NCBI GenBank assembly: GCA_963693365.1
Contig: CAVNZM010000013.1
Span: 7,206,713-7,270,712 of the forward strand
Length of the DNA: 64,000 bases
Source of the DNA: Amoebidium appalachense
Taxonomy: Eukaryota > Protista > Ichthyosporea
Direction: 5' to 3'
This document shows positions 1-10,952 of the stretch, piece by piece. Every line of letters begins with the position of its first letter. Position 1 is the first letter of the stretch. The notes beneath the pieces were generated by a model. That model saw only the letters and a program-made list of their open reading frames with translations, had not been told where the DNA came from and made no database searches. The translations under genes were made by a program, and so were the position numbers.

Positions 1-166
1 CACACACTCACTCACACACACACACACACACACACACAGGCACACAGGCACGCACGCACGCACGCACGCACGCATGCATGCATGCGCGCGCGCGCGCGCC
101 AAAACGAAAATGGATGGATGGATGCATGTTTAGGGGTTAAATGCCAACACACATTTACCTTTGCAG

Positions 167-479
167 GAAGAAGCCGCTCAAGTCGATGTTGAGCATGAAG
201 TCACAGAAGCCAGCCAATGCCCAGTTTGGCTCCCACAAGGTGTCGGCCAAAAAGCTCTACAAGGAGGGCGTGCTGATTGGCATCGAGGGCGTCAACACGG
301 CTATGTATGCACAAACACACACATAAATTCGTACACAAAGACAATACAAAACACATGCACACACGTGTGCCCACGGACGCATAGACACGCATGCTTGCGC
401 GTACACCATCGTGCAAACACACAGGCGAATATGTACACACATACACACACACACACTCACTCACTCACTCACTCAAACA

Positions 480-518
<39 letters not shown>

Positions 519-1110
519 GGACGCACGCACGCACGCACGCACACATGCACGCACACACAAACAGCACCACCACCACCGACAACCAGCCCCTATTGTGTGT
601 AGGTCCTTCTTTGTTTTGACGTGCTCGTATTTAAGGTGCACATTTGTTGATCATGACGTGCATATTCATGCCCCACTTTGCCCCTTTCCTTGGTCCTGTG
701 TTTGTGCTCTTAGACCCACGTCCGCACATGCACTCACTCAACTCACTCACTCACCTACCTAACTCACTCACTCATTGCGTGCACGCACACACGCATGCAC
801 ACGCACGAGCACTGTTTTTCATCCCTCGTTCTATCTCTCCCTTCTACCAGCCGAACCAAAGCTCACCTCCATTTCCTACCCCCACAGGTTCGGTACTATC
901 ACGTTTGTGATTTCGTCGACAGAGGTTGGTGTGTTCCAAATCCAAGGCTATGTGGGTGGCAGGAAGGAAGATGAGATGGAATTGCAACTGAGCGATTTGC
1001 TGCAACTGCAATACGATGGCGTTAAGGTGCACACCATCAAGCCCATTAAAATCAACGTGAACCTCATGATCCACTTCCTTAATAAAAAGTTCTATTCCTC
1101 CGGCCCTTAA
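167..1110 (+). CDS. IQGAP: IQGAP-family RasGAP C-terminal region, last two coding exons (167-304, 888-1110); rest of the gene lies upstream of the window
   Basis: GT-AG intron 305-887 joins AT|G in frame, giving ...SAKKLYKEGVLIGIEGVNTAMFGTITFVISSTEVGVFQIQGY...LSDLLQLQYDGVKVHTIKPIKINVNLMIHFLNKKFYSSGP*. This matches the conserved IQGAP C-terminus pattern (DLLQLQYEG...VNVNLLIFLLNKKF). Confidence 0.92.
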
Positions 1111-2620
1111 AAGAAAATCGAGTCGTTGAGAGGGTGGTGGTGGGGGCGTGTTGTGAGGTTGGGGTTGGCGTTTGTGGGTTTAAAGGAGCGCCATATAGGG
1201 ACTTACCCAAAGGGGGGGGGGGGGGGGGGGATGTGCTGAGTGCTTTAAGCACCGCACGAGTATGAGAATCTCTTTATTATGCAATTTATGCATATCCGTT
1301 GGATATTTTATCTCATCAGTAATCCTTGTGTTCAAATTATTTGAACTTTGATGCCTGTTTTATTAGTAAGCAGATTTTGAAATACAGGTTTTGTTTGTTA
1401 GCGTTAGTAACGATGTCTGTGCTTGCGCTTGTTTTGGAGTCATGGGGTTTTAATAGTGGCTATGTAGGGAGGTAGGTGTCGGGTGTGTTAGACCATCATT
1501 TTCTGAGGCAGCGTGTTAGTTTTATCTCTGAATACTCCAGGCTGCAAGCACCCTTTTGCCTGTGTGTGCAGCTTTGGTACGTAGCCACACTGTAAATACC
1601 ACATACATGCAGTCTGAAAGGGCAAATAAAATACTCGTGCCATTTGCAGGTGTTCAAACCAGGCCCTCCTTTCGATCCCCACCTTTCCCTCCTCCCCCCC
1701 CTCCGATGTATGTGTGAGTGTGCGCGCGTGCGCGCGCGAGCGTGTGGATGCAGATGCTCGTGTGTGTGTGGATTTGCCGGTCAGCCGAACAACCACCCAC
1801 GTGTCCCCCCCCCCCCTCTCTTACAGTAATTACACTTCCTCCTGCGTATCCATTCAGCAGCTTTCCGATAGGCATGTATTTGATTTCAGATTGCAACACC
1901 ATGCAGGAGTTTAGGTTGAAGGGTCGGATTCCGGGTGTTCAGTGGTGGTTGCGGTGTGCGCAATGTCGTGTGTGTGTGGGTGGGTGGGTGGGTGGGTGGG
2001 TGGGTGGGTGGGTGGGTGGGTGGGTGAGACTGGCCCCCGCATACCTGAGACTGGTCTCTCTGTATACCTCGAGTAAACAGTGTAAACCCCGTGGGTGGGT
2101 GTGTTTGTGTTAGTGTACATGTGTGTGTGTCTATATAACTACACGGAGGGGGGGGGGGGGGTTTAGGCTGGCGCGGGGGGGGGGGGGGGGGGGGGGGGGG
2201 GGCTGCAGCTGGGGCATGGGGTCGGCTGGGAAAAGAAATGGGGGGGAAGGGGAGGGAGGGCAGTCAAGAGAGCTCATATGGGGTGCTCGTAAAAATTCAC
2301 TATCAGACGCGTAGGCCATTATCCATGATGATCATGATGGTGCGGATATCGATTCGAAACAGGGTCATAGGGCAGATGATCATATGAGCGAATCCCGAAG
2401 ATTCCATGCATAGGCGAAAGATACTATAGGTGAAGGCTAATTGGTGCAGCTAGACACAACCACTCGAGTCCCGGATCGACGTCGTGAAGAAATACCCGTA
2501 CCACGGGCACAGTCCCGGAACAAATGCTCTCGAGCATGGGGCATTAAGCCACGTGCGGCGGCGGCATTAGCAATGGCCGGCCTGGACAGGTGGGTGGGCC
2601 GAGCGGGCTTCCCGGGGGAA

Positions 2621-2652
<32 letters not shown>

Positions 2653-3545
2653 TGAACAAACACTATATACAGTGACTTTTCCCTCATATATCGATCGTTT
2701 ATATCATGTGACGTCGACGTATACTGTATTGACTGGCATCATGGTAACTTGTTGCCCCCTAGAAGCTGCCAAGAAAGCTAAAACATTTATCTCGGAGGGG
2801 TATTCCTATCATGGCGGCCTCAGTTAAAACCATATCAATTATCAGTGAAATTGCAGGTTGCAAAGAAAACACAATAATATGGTTTACCTGCTAAACTGCT
2901 TTGTGGAATATGCAGCACATGAACATGCACCTTAACAGCCACTTAATGCAATAAACACACAAATTTAAATGCCTTACCATCGATATCCATGGTAGTACCT
3001 TTCTCGGAAGTGATTGGTCTAAAACAAAGACTTGGCCCCATTCGCATCGATATCCGTACGTGCTCATGTGACACACACATTTGCAGCTTATGCTTCGAAG
3101 GTATAAAAACCAGTTCTTTTGAAGGTAAGTATTACACTATATTTACATATCAGTATCATAAAAAACCTTATAAGAGCACTGTGAACAATGTCAATAGCAT
3201 GCAGATCTTATTAGTAAACTCTACCCAATCATATTTCTCACATAAACTTGACACAAAACAATACAGTGGCCCATTGCGCATTTATACATCATTTTAATAT
3301 TACAATTGCATACCAATACACTGCGGCCCTTCCTGCACGCTAGAACAGGGGGGCTACTAGAATGCTCCATTTATCTATATAAAACTCATCATACATCCAC
3401 ATCACCATATATGGTAATTTACTAAAGAAAGTGTTGGGTTTGTGTACAAATACACCGCGCGTATCATGATCAGTTATACCTTTAAGAGCTGAATCCAAGG
3501 GTTATTAACATACACGAGGGGCATGACACACATGCATGGATACTG

Positions 3546-4457
3546 CTAGACTCTCCTTCTCTTTCTGGATTTCTCACTCTGCACGGTGAACACCCTGATC
3601 TTGCCACCATAACGTCCTATAGTCGCTATGGCCCCTCCCGGCGCCACCTTCACTAAATCAAGACACCTCCACCACAACCCATCACCCAGCCTTAACTCCA
3701 TTGACTCTTTCACTTCTACCGTGTTAGGTGCAGAGAACGTTATCGGATACAACCGTAGGCCCAGGTCCGTTGTGGTTGCAAATATATCCTCACCACACAT
3801 GCCTGAAAAGGTGCCCTCATATGCCAATCTAGTTGGGGGCACAAGCACTGCGCCATGTTCATCCCACGACTCAAAGATCACTGCGCTGCTATCGTCAGTG
3901 AGCGTACACAGTTTCATACCAATAAAACAGCTCGTAACTCTCTGGTCTCTGACTTTGACCCTATAAATCTCTCTGCCAGTAGCCAGGTCGCACACAACAG
4001 ACCCGTCTCCGATGGACAACATGAACACATCACGGCCGTGAGCCGGAAGCGGAAATCCGTACACCAACTCACCGGTCACCTGCTCCCACAGCATCACACC
4101 TGCTTCGATGTTCCAAGCAGACAAATAATGATCTGGCGCACTTGCAACGAGGGTGTCCCCGTTAGCAACGAAACATTTAAAGTAGGATGAACGCTGAAAT
4201 TCATATTGAAAAATGATAGAACCATCCTGGGAGCTGTAAACAATTGCCGTTTTTCCTCCGTCATGCTTCATGTATACGCCTAGAATCACTTGGGCTGTAT
4301 CGGCATACCCGTGCATGACCATGGGAGGCATCATCATACCGTGCTCTGGGTCTCTCCCAGGCCACGTGTAAATTTTCTGCCCCGCCGAATATTCTTCATC
4401 ATCATTTTTCGCGACGATAGTGGTCACGCAAACGCAAACAAACGGGGGGTGCGGCAT
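3546..4457 (-). CDS. Uninterrupted 303-aa ORF, probable WD40/PQQ-like beta-propeller protein with a C-terminal basic NLS
   Basis: Non-repetitive ORF with blade-like segments (LSAWNIEAGVMLWE, VVCDLATGREIYRV, GGKIRVFTV), ending KSRKRRRV. The start is uncertain: a polypyrimidine tract plus TAGTAG acceptor-like site sits just upstream (~4469-4490). Confidence 0.6.
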   Translation of the reverse strand: MPHPPFVCVCVTTIVAKNDDEEYSAGQKIYTWPGRDPEHGMMMPPMVMHGYADTAQVILGVYMKHDGGKTAIVYSSQDGSIIFQYEFQRSSYFKCFVANGDTLVASAPDHYLSAWNIEAGVMLWEQVTGELVYGFPLPAHGRDVFMLSIGDGSVVCDLATGREIYRVKVRDQRVTSCFIGMKLCTLTDDSSAVIFESWDEHGAVLVPPTRLAYEGTFSGMCGEDIFATTTDLGLRLYPITFSAPNTVEVKESMELRLGDGLWWRCLDLVKVAPGGAIATIGRYGGKIRVFTVQSEKSRKRRRV

Positions 4458-6155
4458 GCCAGGAGCTACTACTAGAGAGAAGGGGGGGGTATGATTGGAG
4501 GGGGGGGTGTTCAGCTAACCTTATATGGATAAAGCAAAGTTACAAGGATTCAAGCCATTGGTTGGGCAAGACCCCTTTTGCCGAATATGGATAACAGATC
4601 ATACACTGCTGTAGGCGGCGGTCAGGAATTGGCGCGCTCTTTACTGGTCACAACCACCAGTCCGGGAAGGCCATGAGCAGCATTGCCGAGCACACTGGAA
4701 TACGGGAATGTTTGCGGTAACGTAGTCGCACTAGGGGGGCAGGGGGCCAGGCCCCAAGTGTTTAAAATGAAGCCAGGCTGCCCTAAGGGCACAACACAGC
4801 GCCCTGGGCATAAAACAGGCGGAGCTAGGGAGGGAGCTGGGCGCAAAAAAAAAGATGCTGCATTTGTTCAGCCTTTAGCGAACTTTGCAGGTTTTGGGAC
4901 GGCAAACAAAGCTGTTTTGCAGGAACTAAACGTAAACGTACAACCCGAACAGCCCCCTCTATCTAAGGCCGCCGACATAAGGGCCCGTGTAGTTGAGGCA
5001 GGTAGCGTCCATTCGTTACCAAGAGAAATGGATCGGGCCCCTGCTCCACACCCACCAGACATACAGGTGCAACCCGACGAGGAACCTTTGCTAAATGCAG
5101 CAGCAGATGCGTACCGGGTAGACGAGGATGAAGGGGAGGAAGAGGGAGAAGATAATACGGACGGGGATGACGGTGGAGAGGAGTTTTCTGACGCGGCGGG
5201 CGAAACAATCAAGTCGCACCTGCACACAGTGAAAGAGAGTCTCAAAGATGAGAAGACGCCTGTGGGGTGGCATCTTCCACCTCCCATTATAGGCTTTAAA
5301 TTTGGGGGCGATCCAGCGCCTTTCTACAAACCCAGATGTTTTGCCTGGCTTCCGGAAAGGTTGTCTCCCGGTTTCATGGTGCCGTGCCCCTTCGATGATC
5401 ACTACGTGGACCCCCACAACCACCCCAACCCACACCGTACTTCTCGCAATGGGTTCATGAGCAACCCCGTAGGACGGCGTGTTATCGACTTTGACAGCTG
5501 CTACTACATTATCACGGCCCGGTACTTTTGTGACACATGCAAAAAAAACTTTGCCGGCACAAACCCCCAGACAATTAAACGCCTTCCACTCTTCATGCGT
5601 GATCAGTTTCCGGCCTACCTTAGCCACCGCAGTGGGCTCGACCTAAAGGTGGTAACATTGTTGCGTGCACTGGCAGACAAAGGTGTGGGCCCAAACGCCT
5701 TTGCCACCCTCCTCTCGGAGCTCCACAAGCAGCGATACGACGAGCAGCGGCTCCTGTATTACTCGAGGGCGCTGCATTGGACCAAGTATGAACTCAAAAA
5801 GCGTAACGATTTCCGCCCCCACGACCAGCGCCTGACAGAACTTCCCCCAGAGGAGCAGGCGGCTAAGTTCTCGGCGTTTGGTGACAAAAAATGGTTACGC
5901 TGGACATGTGCCTTCAGGCAAGTGTGCACTGCATTTTGGGTGTGTAAATGGTCCCCATTGTTTTGTATGCACGTGCTTGGGCATTTTTTGGGTTGGCTTG
6001 GTAGGGTTTTGTTTTATTATTTTTTATTTTTTTTTAGGGGGGGGGGGACTTGGAAATGGGTTTTGGAAGTGTGGTCAATAAGTTTCTATTATGGTGGTGG
6101 TGGATGTGTGGTGGTGGATGTGCGCCTGTGAGTGTGCGTGTACTTGTGGGTCCGT

Positions 6156-6206
<51 letters not shown>

Positions 6207-6286
6207 GGGGGGGGGAGGGGGACATGGTGATGGATTAGGTGGTGGTGGTGGCAATCAGTCATGGTGGTGGTGGTGGTGGTGGTGGT

Positions 6287-6319
<33 letters not shown>

Positions 6320-6468
6320 GGGCAGAGGGATCATCAGAGGGGTGAAAGCATAACGGTCCATGTACCAGTGAGTGTGCTTGGGAAATCGTGGAGAACTGTT
6401 ATGCCTGAAATTAGATGGTGGGTGTGCGCATGTGTGTCTGTGTGTGTTGGGGGAAAGGAGGTGGAGAG

Positions 6469-6503
<35 letters not shown>

Positions 6504-7425
6504 GGGCACATGGTGGTAGACTGGATCTTGGTGGCGGTACTTAATGGTTATTATAGTAGTGGCAGGAGGGTGTGGGGGGAAGGGCAAACGGACGTGCAGG
6601 GGACAAACTGCAGATGGGGCACAAAGGGGAAAGAAGGTGAAAGTTGGTGCAATGACTTGGAGGGTTTGCGCGCGCCGGGAGGCGGGGGGAGGGGGGGGGG
6701 GGGGGAGGGGGGGGGGGGGGCAAACGGCCGGAGATGGGTGTGTAGCGTTTTTGAGATGGGAAAAGCCATACAGACTTACGAAAATACAGAGAGGTGAGAT
6801 GAACACGAGGGACTAGAGGGAATGGGGGGGGATGGTCCTGATGGGAGGGTGGTGGAGTTCTAACAGTACTTGGGGTTCAGGCAAATACCTGAGTGCCGTG
6901 TATACTGAGTTCAGCGACCGCACGGCAAAGTACCAGAGCCTGGACACGCAGCTCAAGCCCGTAAACAACGTGCTCAAGGCCGACCACACCTTCCAAATTG
7001 GGAAGCTCACCGGCATCAATGGGGAGCCTCTGTACCGAGGCCTATGGACTTGTGTAAACGAGCTTGGCGGTGTGTGGTCCCTCCTCTTCTCCCCCCTCCC
7101 CCCACTCTCCCCCAGGCCCCCTCTCCCCCCTCCCCCCCCCCCACACACGCCCACCCCCCCCCCCCCACACACACACACACACACACGCCCCCCCCCTCCC
7201 CCCCCCCCCCCCCCCCCCCCCCTCCCCCCTCTAGGGCCTTTAAATCTCTTAGGCTCCACATTTAATGAGGTGGCACACTGTGAGTAGAGGTTTGTAGTAT
7301 GTGGGTTTTGGGGACAATTCTTGCCCTGTCGAGCAAAAACTAGGAAGCTCCAGATATGTGTGTATGTGTTTTTGCTGGGTAGAGATTGGGGTGGGCTGGG
7401 GTGGAGCTTTCTTTTGGCGGGGAAT

Positions 7426-7490
<65 letters not shown>

Positions 7491-7664
7491 AGCTTCTGCC
7501 AAGCAGAATGGGAGTAGGGGCCAGTGATTGCAAGGGATGCAGGGGGGGGGGGGGGGGGGGGGGGGGAGAGACACCACCGTCGGGGTTGAAGGTAGAGAGG
7601 GCAAGAGGCCCGGGGTGGGGTGGGGGGGGGGGGGGGGGGGACAGTAGGTGCCATATGGAGGGCT

Positions 7665-7970
7665 GTCCCATGGTTTGGGGGGAGGGGGAGTGGGGAAGGA
7701 TCGTGGGCACATGGGTTTGGGGGGAAGGCAGAGAGGGGGAAAGGATTGTGATCACAAGGGTTTAGGGGGAGGAAGGGGGAAGGATTGTAGGTACATGGGT
7801 TTAGGGGGGAGGGGGGGGGGAAGATTTTGGGGGAAAGGGAGGCCTGGGGAAAGTATGTGGGCACATGGGTTTGGGGGGAAGGAGGGGGAAGGGTTTTGGG
7901 GGAGAGGGAGGGGAAAGTATGTGGGCACATGGGTTTGGGGGGAGGGAGGGGGAAAGGATTGTGTGGGCAC
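7665..7970 (+). repeat. G-rich degenerate minisatellite in transposase intron 2
   Basis: About 6-7 variants of GGGGAA(G/A)G(A/T)(T/A)TGTGGGCACATGGGTTTGGGGGGA in tandem. Confidence 0.75.
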
Positions 7971-8329
7971 TGAAGTCTCGTGAAGGGCCATGTGGTAAGG
8001 GAAGCTAGAACATGCATGGCTGCTCGGAGATGCCCTCTCACACAGTGCGGCACCCCAGAGATCCGGGCGCAGGTATTTACACGGGACTGCAGCCACCAGG
8101 AGATTGAGCCCGTGATCCAGCGCATCTCTGCCACCACGGCGGCGCTCAACAGCAAGGGCCCGGCCTTCTTCTACACAGATCGGTGCTGCCAAGACCGGGC
8201 GTTTGTTGAGCGCATGTTTCCAACCCTAGCCCGGCCAAAATGCCCCGTCCGTCTGAACGAGGCTGCGCTGGTAAGCGTGACGGACGGTCTGCCTGGGCTG
8301 GAGCTGCCGGCCAACTACCCTAAGCCGGT

Positions 8330-8870
8330 GTACACCGACTGCCAGGGGGCGGTGGTGGCTACAGCGGCCATTCGTGCCGACCTGGAGGGGCAGCAGCACC
8401 GCGTGGTGGGGCTGGACTGCGAGTGGGTCTATCGGGTGGGCCAGGCGCGGTCCAAGGTTTGCACGCTGCAGATTGCCACCGCACGGGCCGTGTACATCTT
8501 CCACTTGGCACGCATGGGCCCCAACCACAGCCCGCCCGCGCGGCTGGTGGACGAGCTGATTGCGCTGCTTAGGGACCCCAGCATCATCAAGGTGGGCAAG
8601 CAGATCGGCACGGACTCGGCCCACCTCAACAAGGACTACGGCACCCCTGTGGCCAGCTATCTGGAGCTGGGCCGGTTCTGCTATGCCCGTGCAGCTATCA
8701 CCTCTGCGGCCCGGGGCTTGGCCGACATCACTGCCCAGGTCATAGGCAAGAAGCTGCCCAAGCCGGCACTTGTTCGATGCTCCAACTGGCACGAGCCGCT
8801 ATCAGAGGTGCAGGCCACCTACGCTGCCCTTGATGCATATGCGTCCCTGCAGGTCTACTCGGCCGTGGTC
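8330..8870 (+). other. DnaQ-like DEDDy 3'-5' exonuclease domain inside the transposase (exon 3)
   Basis: ExoI VVGLDCEW (D 8415, E 8421), LQIAT, ExoII KVGKQIGTD (D 8613), SNW..PLS..Q..YAALDAY ExoIII (Y 8820, D 8832). All four acidic ligands and the Tyr are present. Confidence 0.92.
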
Positions 8871-9101
8871 GATAGGCCAAACCTGTCAGGTGTGTATCCC
8901 ACCTGCTTTTTGCCCCAGTGCTTATGTGCTTATGCCAGATATAGAAAGATTTTGGGCCCCCCAGAGGAGAGGGGAGGGGGAGGGAGGGGGGGGGGGGGGG
9001 GGGGGGGGGTGGCTGACCACATGGGCCAGTGTTCCAGTTGTGTTATGCTGGGTGTCGGGTGGCTATCAAAGGAGGGGGTGATTGGTGGTGGTGGTGGTGG
9101 T

Positions 9102-9134
<33 letters not shown>

Positions 9135-10727
9135 CTATAGCACTGTTAACACGTGCAAGTGCCACACAAGCTGGGCACTGGGAGAGGGGGGGGGGGGGAG
9201 GGAGAAGGGGGGGGGGGGGGGGGGAAGGGGGTTGCTAAGGAATATGCATTTGATTTTTGTGGAGCGAAGAGAAAAACGTTGGTGCTGTGGCTTTTTGGCT
9301 GAGTTTTTTGCTTCCCTCTATGACATGCAGCGCGGCTTCATGCAAAGGCACTCGGTGAAGGGGTTGAGATTGTGCCCCGGCGGGGCCCACATGCTGCAGC
9401 AGCCACCGGGGTGGTGCTGGCTGTGCAGCCGGAGCGCTGGGGGGGCATGAAGGTGGGCAAGAAGCATGCAGTGGTGCGGGTGGATCAGGTGCTGTCGCCG
9501 GCCATGCAGGTGCCCTTTGGCCCCGACAAGGGCAAGACCCTGGGAGAGCTGGGCCCGCCGCCCTTTGAGCTGATGGTGCACCTGCAGTGGCTACGGCCCA
9601 TTCAGCCCCCACCGGACCCAGGTGCCGAGGTGCCGGTGGTCCCTGACCCAGCCCCTCCCCCTGCCGAGCAGCAGCAACCCCTTGCCGGCCCACAGGCACC
9701 CCCCCAGGACCCCCAGGCAGCCCCGGGGGCCTTGAGGCAGCCCCAGGGGGACCCGAGGCAGCTCCCAGAGAGGGCATGTTGGGCCAGGCACCGCCTGGGG
9801 AGGTGGTGTGGCAGACTGTGCTGAATGACGCCTTCCACTCCATTGCAAACACGGCGGACGGCACGTACAAGTCACACCCCCGCAGGGCTGAGTACGCACG
9901 CGCACTCAGCGAGGCAATATTTGTGTGGAATGAAGAGGATTACGGACATGTGAAGGTGCCCCCCCCCTCCCCCCCCCCCCAAAATAAAAAATAAAAAATA
10001 AAAATAAAAAAAACGGCAACAACAACATGCGTGACTGACGCGCACACACACATACACTCGTTAGCACACACTCACCATTCCACCCACAACCATGCACACC
10101 TTCGACAAAACTTCTGAGGGAAGAGAGAGAGCCTGAGCCTCAGAGAGAGGGGGGGCAAGGGGGGGGGGGGGGGGGGGGGGGGGGGGGAGGGGGGAGGAGA
10201 GTGGGGGTTATTCATATGCCTAGAGAGAAATAATGTAGGGTTGTGGGGGGAAAGAGCCACATGCATTTTTTACTTGTGTTGGGGGAGAAGATGGGGGGGG
10301 TGGAGGGGAGGGGTCCTACAATAACGGCAGGTATCAAAGTCTACCAAACCCAAATTGCAGTGTGCGTAGTAAATTAATATTGGCATCCTGCCTCACAGGG
10401 GGTGCTGGAGCAGAAGGGCATCGACATTGAAACCGAGCTCAAGGGCGGCGACCTGAGCTACTTCATGGAGCGCATCCGGCGGGTTATTCCCGACCCATAC
10501 ACGCTGGTCTCGCGGCTGGTGGAGTTCAAAAACACCTACAAGGATGTGCCGCCCGGACCGGATGGCAAGCCTCTGTTCAAGAAGGATGGCTTTGAAAGAC
10601 TCGAGGCAACATCCCCCCCCCCCCCCCCCCTCCCCCTGCAGGCGCCCAACAACTCCACCACCACAGAAAAGATTCTTCGCTTATTTGTCATCCTTGGTTC
10701 ATCTGCACACACACGCACACCCTAGCC

Positions 10728-10762
<35 letters not shown>

Positions 10763-10777
10763 ACATACACACACACA

Positions 10778-10833
<56 letters not shown>

Positions 10834-10905
10834 CCCGCACGGCCCTTGCTGCCTAGCCAGTTGTTTTTTGCCTTTCCCTGCTCGTTTTTTTCCTTAGCAA
10901 CCCCA

Positions 10906-10952
<47 letters not shown>

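Noticed and set aside
2311-2830. Candidate left terminus of the transposon (CAGGGTCATAGGG at 2360, CACTATATACAGTG at 2661) and the 128-aa ORF 2441-2827
   Set aside because: No matching inverted copy found downstream of 12618; the ORF runs through a poly(G) tract and has no recognisable motif.
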